Part shown: positions 38,990 through 51,130 of the stretch, one piece after another
Layout of the letters: every line of letters starts with the position of its first letter
Position numbering within the stretch: position 1 is the first letter of the stretch
Assembly: GCF_009914755.1 (NCBI RefSeq)
Contig: NC_060932.1
Origin: the human T2T-CHM13v2.0 reference genome, Homo sapiens
Reading direction: 5' to 3' (one strand)
DNA length: 64,000 bases
Position numbers and translations under genes: made by a program
The notes under the pieces: model-generated
Told to the model about the DNA's origin: nothing
Databases searched by the model: none
The model's input: only the letters and a program-made list of their open reading frames with translations

Positions 38990-41900
38990 CTCTAAGAGAA
39001 TTGAAAAGGTAAGGCCAATTACAAGGTGCGGGTGGAGTGGGGATTGAGAGGTCCTCTGGGGACAAATCATCTATGACTTTCAAGGTATATGTTGGAAGAA
39101 TTAACTTATGGTATCTGTGTATGGATGGGAAAAGAAGGTGGAAAGTATCATAAATGCATTTTAATATTGCCTTTTGTACACATTTGCTTTGCATTTCTTG
39201 ACTGTGTCATGAGGGACTCTAAATTTGGGCATTTTCACTGGTGAAAGGGCAGGGAGGGAGGGGGTGAATAGTGGGGAGATTAGGTAGTAAGTAGAATCTT
39301 GAAATTTCTTCAAAACACATTACAAATAATCACTATATATCCATGGATCACCAGCCTAACACAATGACATCTTCACAATATTCAAGGCCATTATTTCTAG
39401 GATATTATATTATATAGCTTATTATACTATATTTATTTATTTTTATATATCTTTAAATGCAGATAAGGTAGAGTGAAACATGAGTATGATCATGGTTACA
39501 AAAATGCCAACATAGTTCCTTCTTCTTCTCTGTCATTCTTTCATTTATTTCCCTTGATTTTCTTTCTTTTACTTCCTAACTCCTTTCATTTTCCAAGGAC
39601 TGTTCTCTGACCTATACATTTCTCTTTCTACCATCACTTCTTAAATGGCTAATACCTGTTCAAGAATTTTATGAGCCTTTAAATACTAGCTATTTTTATG
39701 TATAGTATTTTAAGAGTATTTTTGAGAGTCTATTGCTCTTTATAATAATCATAGCTTCTGAAATCTCATGGGATGCAGTCTTTGTTTGCTTCCAAATGTA
39801 CACACTTTTATCTAATGACTCCTCTATAGTTAGCAACATATGACTAGGGCCTCAGAAGAGAGATTGTATATTCTGATTTTGCTTTTTTTCCCTTAAATTG
39901 ATTTCCACTTCTTTCTCCCATCCATACAGACTTCTTACATTTTAAATCAGTTTCCATGCCTGAGCTAAGAAGATGCACTTACTTATTCACATATTCATTA
40001 ATGCTCTGGTGTTGAGTGGTTTCTGGACAGAACCTGACCTTCAGTGTATTCTATGTGTTGGTCTCTTCTGTCCCAGTGTAATAAATCCTGACCATTACTC
40101 AATTCCCAGTACAATGTCTCCAGCTCTACAATTTGGTATTTCCAACCGGATATCATTTTAAACTGAACACATGCAAATTAAGCTTCTCATTTTATTCTTC
40201 AAATTTATTACCCAAATTCTTGGTCAAATTTTGTTTCCAAGCATCTAAGCTTAGAACTTTTGAAGCATTTAAACCTTATTATCAATCTACTTAATATATC
40301 CTGTTTCTTGGCTATGCCCAATCACTCTGCCCCTACAAAACACTGTCTTTTATTTTTGTCTCTGTGCTTAATTTCTAACTATTTCCTTTATGTAGAAGTC
40401 TCTGTCTTCACCTCCATCAATTTTGTTCTTAGCACCCTTCAGATTCAGCTTAATTTTCATTTCCTGAAAAGAAATGCCCAGTTGACTTAATATTTGCAGA
40501 TTTCCTTTCATTTTAAAATTTCCAGATGACTTTCTTGTACTACTTAATACATGAACATATTTAGGTATAAATTCTCTTCTATAGTTTTTAACAGTTCATC
40601 ATATATGTCTTATTTCCACAACTAATATATAAGACACTTAAGAACACAGGCAGATGGGTTATCATTATTATTATTACTACTATTGTTATATTTAGTGGTA
40701 AACAAATGACTGAAAATAATTAGGAATCTAATCATTGTTTAACAATTGATGATTTATTTAATCATCACTTAAAAGGATTTTTAAGTGATTCTGCTTTGCT
40801 CCAAATTAATGGTATATATAGCAATGAGGAAATCGGGTTTTTCTCTTAGATAGAGGTTTGCATCCCAGCTGAAGCATTTCCTATCTTTGTGAATTTGAGT
40901 TAATTGCATAATCTCACTAAACCACAGTATTTTTAGTAGTAAAATAGAAATCTATGGAAACTTTCTCAAAGGTTATGAGTTGTCATGAGGATGAAATTTT
41001 ATCTTAGAAGAGTTTCTGTCATAGGAAGCCTCAATAGGCCATGGCAGCTATTATTTTTATCATTATTTGCTGTCATTAAAGAATATTGAGTAACATATAA
41101 AAATAAATCAGAACAATATTAAAAGGAAAAGCAATAATTTAAAATCAGGACTAGCAAGAACACAAATATATCAGGGACATGAAATCTGAAGGATACGTAG
41201 ATATGCAATCCAAGAGTGGCAGCTAATGGGACTTTCCCATTAAGTTCATCCAGGCCTTCTTCATAGTGAAATGACTGGAGAGAATTGATGATTCTGGCGA
41301 GAGCGCACATGGCTTTTGGACAGCTTAAGTTTATCCTGGCTGTGTGCCCAGGTTTTGGATTAGAAAAAGGCCATGCTGATATAGCTTTTGTTTATTTATA
41401 AAATTTAACAAACATCTTTTGAATGCCTACTATAGGCAAAATCTGAAATGATGCCATGAATAAGTGTGTTAACATCTCTCAGTCTACTTGACCACTGAAT
41501 ATACATCCTATTGGGCTTTATTTTGACATATTCTTGGCCTGTGGAAAACAAATAACCAACCCCTGTGCCACTATTGTTTTTCTTTTCTAGCATCGACTTA
41601 AAACACTGGCCAGAGTAGAACTTTATGGCTTATCATTTCTGTAGGGCAACCACATAATTTCTGCATGATCCTAACATCCTACTCTTTTCCCCTCCACCGT
41701 ATGACCAACACTCATACCCCAACTCCAACCATCTGCCCTTAACGTGCCTTTGGTTTATCATGGGTTTCACCAGATATAACCAATATTTCCTATCAGAATT
41801 GTCCACGGATACCATAACTCATCTGCTCACTATGAATGTGATTTTGCATATTTTCTAAGCCAGATGATTATAAATTCAATTATACAGTCTTTCAAATCTA

Positions 41901-42815
41901 TTAAAGCCCAATGGTTCTACAATTCTTTTAGTGGAGAACAGCATAGCTCTCCAACTGGCTATTTTGCTGACAGCAACACAAATGCACTAGCTACTTGAAG
42001 AGTTCCTTCATGCTTATTCTTCTTCAGGGCTGGCAAAGTCCAGATTCACCAAATTTAGTTCAGCTTTGAGATTCTGCTTGACTCACCAGACACTTTGCTC
42101 TTTTTAGGAGCCTTCGGTTTATTGCCCAGGCTTTCTGAAGGATACCTAGCAAACAGAGAGAAAAAGATGTGTGCATTTTAAGTATTGATTAGAAAACTGA
42201 AGTGTGAAGGTTACCCCCTCTTTATCTGGGGCCATGCTACTGTACTGAGGAACAGCCATATACATGCTAATTCAGGGCCTCATTTCCTTCATTGAACTGG
42301 AAGATAAAAGGATAGTCTCAAACTCAGTAGAACAAGAAAGTTAGACAAGGATCATTTAAAACATTGAAGGGTTATTTTCAGAGTAAGGCGACTGAATTAA
42401 GATTAAAGCTCCAGCCAGTTAGAAACTTCTGTAACATAACCAAACCCAATGAGAGAGATACCAGGCAAACTCAAATGTGGTTTCAGTTTTATCTACATCT
42501 CAAGTTTTGTTATGTGTTTAGTAGTTCATTGAACATACTTTAATCTGCACTGTTTACCAAATTAATTTATATTAATTAGTAATTACCTTTTATGTTAAAG
42601 TTGCAAATGCATATAATTTTCGAAGTCAAATAGTTCTATAAAGTTAAAATAAAAAATACAATAATCCCATGTTGCTCACTCCCATCTATATTTCTGCTTT
42701 CAGGAAGCAACCACTTTTACCTTTTTAAAAAATTTCTTATTGGTGGTTAACTCCATATTTCCAAGTAATATAGATATTTCTTTATTTTTTAGATAGCTAT
42801 TTTCATTAAAAATAC

Positions 42816-43360
42816 TTTCAAATTTTATTTAGATTTGGGGGTACATGTGAGGGTTTTTTACACGGGTCTATTAAGTGATGTTGAGGTTTGGGGTATGGAT
42901 GATCCCATCACCCAGGTAGTGAGCATGTACCCAATAGGTAATTTTTCAATCCATGGCTCTCTTTCTTCCTCCGTAGACTCCAGTGTCTATTATTCCTGTC
43001 TTCATGTTCATGTGAACTCAGTGCTTAGTTCCCACTATAAGTGAGAACATGTGGTATTTGGTCTTCTGTTCCTGTGTTAATTGGCTTAGGATAATGACCT
43101 GCAGCTGCACCCATGTTGCTGTAAAGGACATGATTTCATTCTTCTTATGCCTGGGTAGTATTTCATGGAGTATATAGACCACATTTTCTTTATCCAATCC
43201 ACCATTGTTGGGCATCTAGGTTGATTCCATATCTTTGCTATTGTAGTAGTGCTGCAATGAACATATGAGTGCATGTGTCTTTTCTGTAGAATGTTATTTT
43301 TCCTTTGGGTGTATATCCAGTAATGGGATTGCTGGGTCTAATTGTAGTTCTGTTTCAGCT
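42816..43360 (-). mobile_element. L1PA/L1PB 3'-end fragment
   Basis: GGGGTACATGTG..GGTT..TTACACGGG...GATCCCATCACCCAGGTAGTGAGCAT...ATAAGTGAGAACATG...CAGTAATGGGATTGCTGGGTC. The minus-strand ORFs read as the L1 ORF2 C-terminus (IAKIWNQPRCP..DWIKKMW.IY.M.YY). Confidence 0.9.
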
Positions 43361-43380
43361 ATTTTCCAAAATTTCCCTGT

Positions 43381-43730
43381 TGTAGCCAGCCTTCAAGATG
43401 ACCCTCAATAATTCTCAATTACTGGTTCATGGCTTTGTGTAGTCCTCTCTCACATTGAATAGGTTCGAGTGACCCATGTTAACAATAAGATGTTGTGAAA
43501 ATGCTGGTGTGTTACTTCTACAGGTAGGCCATACAACACATTGTATCTTCTATCTTGCTCCTGCTTGGATCATTCACCCTGGAGGAAGCCAGCTTCAATG
43601 CAGTGAGGACGATCAGACAGCTCAATGGAGAGGTCTGTGTGGTGGGGTCCATGTATGCTGGCCTCCTGCCAGAAGCACTCAGTTGCCAGTCGTGTGGATG
43701 AGCCACCCTGGAAGTTAATCCTCCAGCCCC
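43381..43730 (+). mobile_element. MLT1 (MaLR) LTR fragment
   Basis: TGTAGCCAGCCTTCAAGATGACCC...CTGGAGGAAGCCAGCT..ATGCAGTGAGGAC...CTCAATGGAGAGG...GGCCTCCTGCCA...CCTCCAGCCCC. Confidence 0.7.
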
Positions 43731-44522
43731 ATTTAAGCTGCATGCATAGGAATAGATTGTAATACATATATATTTTATAAAATTTCTCAAATATTTTGGT
43801 AATACAGTATTTTGGCATTTTATAATTATATATTTATTATATAAATGTATAATAGATATAATATGTAAATATGTAATGATATATATTTATATCCTAAAAT
43901 ATATAATGTGAATTACACAGAGCACTCAAATTTGAAAATATGCTTTGTGTGTTAATAGTCGAGGCTCTTGTAAGGCAGGTCAAGGCAGTTGAACTTGGCC
44001 CTGTGGACAATGGAGAGCCAGTAGAGAGTTATATGTAGATGAGTTAAATGATTCAGTTTCTTTTATAGGAAGGGAGCTGAAAGCAGTGTGAATAATGGAT
44101 AGGAGGAGAGTCACTAGAGTAAGAAATATCAGCTAGAAGGTGATTCTTCTAATTCTAGAAAAAGATAATGGCATTAACTTTTAAGCAGTCACAATAACAA
44201 TGATGATGATAAAAAGGGTAGATTGGCAAAACAGGTCAGAGATTAAAAATACACGTTTTCCAGAGTTATTGATTGTATGAAACAAGGTGAGAGAGTGAGG
44301 AACAAAGGATGATTTGGGCCTCTGTCTTAGGGAGACAGAATAAAATAATAGCTTTTTATTTATATGCCACATCACAGTTTATGAGCCCTTTCACATATAG
44401 TGCATTTTGTTGTTTCAGCAATCTTGTGATGAATTAATATGTATTAAATTAAAAATATGCTTTACATAGTAATCTTGCAAAGGTTCTCACCACTGCTAAA
44501 TAACTTCTTTGTAAGATGCTGA

Positions 44523-44867
<345 letters not shown>

Positions 44868-45032
44868 TAAAATAGAGGTTGACTTGTGTTCTCCACTTCA
44901 AAGACACTTGGGCCTACCTCTATTGTCTTTTGTTCTCTCCATGTTATTAGATAGATCGCCTTTTCCAATAGCTGATTCAGGCATGTGTGCAGTAGATTGT
45001 CTCTCTGTGTCTCTGGAAGCATAGTGATTTAG

Positions 45033-45195
45033 ATAGTACTTCTCAAACCTTAATGTGCATATGAATCATCCAAGATTCCTGATAAAATGAAGATTCTGAT
45101 TTAGTGGGTCTTGGCTGGACCTGAAATTCTGCATTTCTAACAAGCTTCCAGGTGATCTCAAGGGTACTAGTCCACAGAACATATTTCAATTAGAA
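45033..45195. mobile_element. MER5A-type hAT element
   Basis: TTCTCAAACCTTAATGTGCATATGAATCA...AGATTCTGATTTAGTGGGTCT...ATTCTGCATTTCTAACAAGCTTCCAGGTGAT. Confidence 0.75.
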
Positions 45196-45226
45196 AAGAA
45201 TTAGACTAAAGTCAAATGCATATGTG

Positions 45227-45236
45227 ACACATACAC

Positions 45237-45288
<52 letters not shown>
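45227..45288. repeat. (CA)n microsatellite, pure (AC)22 at 45245-45288
   Basis: Directly visible. Confidence 0.97.
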
Positions 45289-45292
<4 letters not shown>

Positions 45293-47834
45293 AAGTAGCT
45301 TTGCTTAAGCAGGTGTACCATTCTGGAATGCTTACATCTGATTTCCATTTTAAAATAACAACCATTTTCTCACAGGTTTCAAGATGCTGCCAAATGTGTA
45401 TGCATTTCTTCTCAGTAATATAACTACATTCCATTTCTGTCTCTGTTGGCAAGCAGGACCTAAAGGTTTCAAAACATGTCAATGGTCTTTTTCAAGAAGA
45501 GTCCTCATAAAAAAAACCACCTCATTGTTAGTTGTTCATTAGCAGTCCTCTTACTGACAACTTGGATGTATGCCTCTTAATTTTGCAAGTATTTTAAAAT
45601 TACAATTACCTCCAAAGCATTTCAAATACTTCTTCTGGCAATAATGTCTGCTTGGAAGCAGAATTCTTAACTCTCCTCCCACAGGTCTTTTCTTTTATGA
45701 TTCCATAGCCTTGTGGGTTTCCTTAATAGTCCGAAATTCCACAATATAATCCATGTGTGCTGAAAGACATTTGAAATCATTGACATGCCTCAGGGTCTCC
45801 GGATTAAGCAACTATCAGCTCTGCCCTTATGTAATTGGACTCAGAGGTGATCTCCTGTTTAGATGCATCTCAGAAATTCCTTCTCCTCCTCCTCCATCCA
45901 GCCACTTCCTGCACTTAGAGGAAATCCATTTTTGGTTTAGACAAGTTTGTCAAGCATCACATTTTTATCCCTATGGAAATCTTTCAAGTCAAACCCCAAG
46001 AGGTGGACAATACCTCTTTGTGTATATGACAAAGGGTGTAGTCTTAAATATAACTTTCGATTCTTATGAGGTTCTAAGCAAGAACTCAGTCACCCTGGAG
46101 AATGAAAGGCTCATGACTGCTGTTCAGGTATTAAAAGTCCTTTTGTTCCTCAGATAGCTGGGAAACTGTGTGAGATATGTAGAGAGTAAAGGCTAATGTG
46201 TGCTGCCACTAATTTCTCAAAAAGTCCACAGATCTTAGAGCTGGATGGCCTACAGAGAGTTTCTCATCTAACCTCTGATTTAATTCAGGAATCCTTAATA
46301 TAGCATATTTGAGATTCATTGAAGGTGCCATGAATACTTTCCAAAGTGGTGCAACCCTAGTTGGACAGCTCCACTTGTTAAGATCTGCAGCTGTGAACAA
46401 CCATGTGAATTTCCTCTAGTTGCTCCAATGTTTCATAATATCCTTGCTCACCTCCTGAGTTTATATATCTGTTTATGCCTTTTCAAGTTTAGTATTAATT
46501 CCTTGTTTAAAGCTCTCAATATTTCAGCTATGGCTCTCCTAAAATGATTTCACTTTAGTTAGGAGTTGAATAGTCATCAAAATGTGTCAAAACCTGGACT
46601 TTGGTATATATTATTATAAAGTCTGTATCTCATCACTGTAGTTTGAATTTTAGTGACACCTCTGGTACACCTCACTACCCTCTTAAAGAACTTGATGATG
46701 TCTGTCTCACCATAGAACGTGAATCTTTTCTCTCCCATTTTTAGGTGCACCAATGAAGAGTTAAACAGTATGCATTTGACCACACATACTACTCGTGATC
46801 CAACTGGGAATATATCCTAGGAAACTTGGCTGCCTGTCCAGTGTGCCACATGACCATCATTTCTGATGACTGTAAATTCACATAGTATTTCTTCTGCTGA
46901 AACATGTGGGAGACAATCACATTAGCAAGCTGGAAAAAATCAGTGTAAGTTAAGTAAGTTTCTAAACTGAAGAGCGTGTGTTTTCCAGGATTCCTATTGC
47001 TACTGACTGTAAGTGGTCCACATTTTGTTAATGAGATCATGACGCATTTTGGGGAGGGTCCTTTCATTATAGAGCACCAATGTTCACATTCTTCTTCTTG
47101 CTTTGCCTGACATAGACTTTGCCCCTGTGACATCCTCCTAACAAGGCACTTCTAATTGTTGGCAGCTGCTGCTGCTGTTAAAATTCTTCATGGCCTCTGT
47201 GTTATGCCCTCTAATACATTTCCTGAGAGGCTGAGCTATTCTCTGCTTAAAATTTCAACTATATGCTCTAAACCTGAAACAGATGTTATCTTGGCTGCTG
47301 TCATTTGCCATGAGCTTCTCTATTCACATTTTATACAAGGCAGGTAAAAAGCAAGTAATTTCTGACCTCACTCTGTAGAGAAAGAAAAAAGGGAGAGAAG
47401 GTAAAATAAGAGAGAGAAGAAGAAATATATAAAGCACAGGAATGCAGCCACATGGAAGCAGAGAACACAGCCACTTGAGCATCTATTATCCTAATATCAT
47501 ATGCTATAGTTTGGTTACTACCGATTTGCCTGGCATCCCTCTCGAATCATATTTGTGGCCACCCAGATTAACTATGTTAGCTGATCTCTTGATTTAATAT
47601 CAGCTTGTTCTTTTTAGCTCCCATGTCATTTACTGTCTTAAAAAAATGTACTGCTTGTTACTCAACTGTCTGTTTTTTCATGAACCCACAGTCTTTTTTT
47701 TTTTTGTCTTTGTTTCTTCTTTTTTGTATGGGAACCAGGAACTAGAAAGCATAAAATGAGAGAAATTACTCACAGAAAAGGTGGAAGCCCAGAGAAAAAG
47801 GGGTTTGTCTTTTATGGCTTGTACTTTGTAAGCT

Positions 47835-48010
47835 GTGGGTGTGACTCAATTTCCTCACCACCCACATAAAAAGGTTGCCACCCAATCACTGTTTTTTTCT
47901 ACCCCAAACCCCTCCCCTTTGATTTTGGCTAAGAGAGACCCTTAGAAAGACTGCCCTTTCTGGACGTTGCAAACTGTGACATATAAAAGCTGTTAGCTGC
48001 TCCTCTAGCC
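47835..48010 (+). promoter_or_regulatory. PI15 proximal promoter (TATA type, not a CpG island)
   Basis: TATAAAA at 47982-47988, CCAAT at 47882-47886, AP-1 TGACTCA at 47842-47848 and a CACCC-box-like CACCACCCCAC at ~47856-47866, all directly upstream of exon 1. Confidence 0.8.
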
Positions 48011-48152
48011 AGCAGCATTCAAACCTTGCAGAGCTTTGCTCTCAGAGAGTTTGTAAAAAGACACACTCCTCTTACAAGAGTTCATGCTACCACATAGCAA
48101 AGAACCTTAAATTTTTGGAAGAACAATATATTCATTTTGGCATTGTGCAGAG
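48011..48152 (+). other. PI15: PI15 non-coding exon 1 (5'UTR); start approximate
   Basis: Begins ~25-30 nt downstream of TATAAAA (47982-47988) and ends at the strong donor GAG|GTAAGC (48153). The TSS is inferred from TATA spacing. Confidence 0.8.
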
Positions 48153-48686
48153 GTAAGCTATTTAGCTCAACAAGTTTATATTGCATGCATTGATTTTAAA
48201 GTAGCTCACATTTTTTTAAAGAAATGAGATTGGATTACTATGACTTTTTTGTATGTGTTCTATCACTTGGTGTGTCTATATGTCTGGCAGACATTATCAG
48301 CACATTCTCTGTTGTTACCTGTGATTCATTTTTTCTTCACTCTCCAGGTGAATTTCAATTGCTGAAAATTTCCCACTGAAAATATGCAGTAATATATTTT
48401 GTGGTTCAGACATTTGGGGCAAATGGTTCACATTCATTTTAGGGTTAGTGGTCATGCTGTTTATTTTTCTCTGCTATACAAAGTTCCTCTTAGGGGTCTG
48501 CCTCATGACACTAAAAAATGAATAGAGATTCTACTGTAGGTTATCTCCTAGGCTTGAGTTCAACATTTGTTTGGATTTTTGAAGAAAGTCAAATCAAGCA
48601 ATGCTCCCAAATGATGTCTTTGTAAATTCATACCCTCTGGCCCTATTTTTTTTCATAGACCCTAACTCTACCTTTCTGCTTTAAAG
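48153..48686 (+). other. PI15: PI15 intron 1 (534 nt)
   Basis: Starts GT at 48153. Branch-point-like CCCTAAC at ~48660-48666, pyrimidine tract CTCTACCTTTCTGCTTT, acceptor AAAG|CAAAG (AG 48685-48686), 40 nt upstream of the ATG. Confidence 0.75.
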
Positions 48687-48726
48687 CAAAGTAAACTCGG
48701 TGGCCTCTTCTTCTCCACCCCTCAAA

Positions 48727-48999
48727 ATGATAGCAATCTCTGCCGTCAGCAGTGCACTCCTGTTCTCCCTTCTCTGTGAAGCAAGTACCGTCGTCCTACT
48801 CAATTCCACTGACTCATCCCCGCCAACCAATAATTTCACTGATATTGAAGCAGCTCTGAAAGCACAATTAGATTCAGCGGATATCCCCAAAGCCAGGCGG
48901 AAGCGCTACATTTCGCAGAATGACATGATCGCCATTCTTGATTATCATAATCAAGTTCGGGGCAAAGTGTTCCCACCGGCAGCAAATATGGAATATATG
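48727..48999 (+). CDS. PI15: PI15 first coding exon (codons 1-91): signal peptide, propeptide, furin site and start of the CAP/SCP domain. The CDS continues beyond the window.
   Basis: Translates as MIAISAVSSALLFSLLCEASTVVLLNSTDSSPPTNNFTDIEAALKAQLDSADIPKARRKRYISQNDMIAILDYHNQVRGKVFPPAANMEYM, the recognisable N-terminus of human PI15. It has a hydrophobic signal peptide, N-glycosylation sequons NST and NFT, an RRKR|Y site and the CAP motif HNQVR..V.PPAANM. ATG context AAAATGA; ends at the phase-0 donor ATG|GTAAGA (49000). Confidence 0.97.
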
Positions 49000-50099
49000 G
49001 TAAGAAGAATTCTTTTTTTTTTTTTTAAGTTCTGAGTGAGAAAGCTTTATATTGTACATCTGCAGAATCTCAAACGACCACGAGTGTTTATATGTCCGGG
49101 TATATGGACTTTTTACATATTTTAACCTAAGGTTCTTATGTGCCTAATAATGTTGAGTACTGTTGCATCACAGAATCAGAGAGACAGAGAGGTCCAGAGA
49201 GACAGAGACAGACAGATAGAGAGAATCTATGTAGACTTTCTTCTGTGAGTTCCATAGCTACTGGTGAATTGTATCTTATGTAAGAATCATAGATAAAAAG
49301 TGGGGTATGTTGACTGATCACATTTGGAAGGTCCACTTTAAAAAAAGTCACATGAACTTTTTCTGTGCTTTATCTCACAGTCATATTTATCAGCTATATC
49401 ATTTCTTGAAAATACTTCTTAAAATTATAGGTTTCATATGCATGATTTATTCTCTGGGTAGGTGTCTTTTCCCTTTTTTGGACAAAGTTCTTACTGACGC
49501 TAACCTATTTGTATTCTAAGAGAACATGCTGACTTTTTTCTCCTTGTGATTTAATGCTTTGCTGTCCAGATAACAGTGAAGCCAGTGCATTTGCACACTG
49601 TTCCAACTTGCCGTGAACACATTTTTTGCTCTTTCTTAAAAATAGACAATGTTTAAATCATTTTACTTAGAAAGTAAAAAAAAAAGTTAGTATTGAAAGG
49701 AAAAAGTCTTGTTAAAATTTTTATTTGGTTTTGAATTTATGCAAGGTTATGATTTAAAGTCCAGCGTCTTACAAGAGCACAGCTTGGAGCCTGTTTAAGG
49801 CAATGAAGACCATCAATATGGTATTTCCAAATTGGGGTGAGGGGAGGGGGTACCACTAACAGTTTTATATGTGCTGAATTAAAATTTGGGATTTTTATCA
49901 TATTCTAGATTCACTTGTTTTATGTAAATAAGTTATATTAAAAAGTTTGGCTAGTTGCAGATGCCAATGTCACAGGAAAACTAAAGACTTGCTAAATGAT
50001 GTAACAGAGTCACAGTTCATAGAAGTACAATTTAGACTCTGTGAAAATGCATTTTCCTAGAATTTATAAAGACAGAGAAGATGTAATCAGTCCTGGTGT

Positions 50100-51130
50100 G
50101 TGAGGAGCAGTATAGTCTCATGATTAAGAATATGGGCTATATAATCTAAATGCTTGGGTTTGAATCCTAGTCCTGAAGTATATGCTGAATGAACTCATTA
50201 CCACACTGTTTCATTTTCATCATCTCTAATATGAAGATAAAGGTGGTATCTGCCACACAGCATTGTTGTGAGAAATGTATGAGTTGACGAGTAATCAGAC
50301 CAGAGCCTGTTGCTAACTAGATGTTCAACAAACATTAGTTTTGATGGGTTTCTTTGAACTTCTTGTGAAAGGTGCCCAGTGAAAACTCATTCAAGATCTA
50401 AAGACAAAAAGTTACCCATACAGAAGAGATGTTTTTAGAAGGTGATGTAAATATGTAAAAATTAGATGAGCAAACACATTTTTAAAATTACTAAAATGAT
50501 GAAATAAATATGCCTAAGATACCATGCAAGCTCAGAAAGGCATAATATCCCAACTATGAGTTTAGAGAATTTGTAGCAATCACATGACTCTAAAGTGAGA
50601 ACCAAGACTGCTGAGCCAGCTTTGAAGGTGAGCTCATCTGGGTTCAAATCCTAACTCTGCTGCTTACTTTGTGGCCTTGCACAGGTTATTTAATGTGTCT
50701 AAGACCCAATTCATTTATCTGTAAAATGAGAATAACAATACTAACCAATCAAAGAATGCAATTCACTATTTTTATCCTATTGAGGTCAGAGCGTTCACCA
50801 CGAGGAAAGGCATAGTTAGGTAAACACAGTATAAGTAGGTTGAAAAAAGCCACATTTTTTCTAGCTCTATTTTCCCTTATCAAGAATTAATTCATTCCAC
50901 ATGCATTTATTTAATTGCTTCCGTATGCCAAGGACTTGACTAATTGTTTCCATAGACGATCTCATTTGATAGCTCACATTCTCCGTGTGAGGTTAACATT
51001 GTGATCTTCATTTTACAAATGAAATCACTGAGACCCACAGATGTCAACGAGTAGGCCAAAGTGGTAAGGATAATGAATGGCACTGCTGGAATTAGAATTT
51101 AGGTCTGTGTAATTTCAAAGCCCATGCTTC
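50100..51130. mobile_element. Cluster of three MIR SINEs (~50105-50340 +, ~50590-50745 +, ~50900-51125 -)
   Basis: TGGGTTTGAATCCTAG...; CTGGGTTCAAATCCTAACTCTGC...CATTTATCTGTAAAATGAGAATAACAATAC; CATTTTACAAATGAAATCACTGAGACCCACAGA. Confidence 0.7.

Noticed and set aside
48727-48999. Alternative identity as CRISPLD1 or R3HDML (paralogues with RRKR/CAP N-termini)
   Set aside because: The signal peptide MIAISAVSSALLFSLLCEAS and mature start YISQNDMIAILDYHNQVRGKVFPPAANMEYM are specific to PI15.
48700-49035. ORF-track call of a 111-aa protein starting MASSS and ending VRRILFFFFKF
   Set aside because: The called start is a GTG 9 codons upstream of the true ATG (48727), and the tail reads through the GTAAGA donor at 49000 into intron. 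The real coding exon is 48727-48999.
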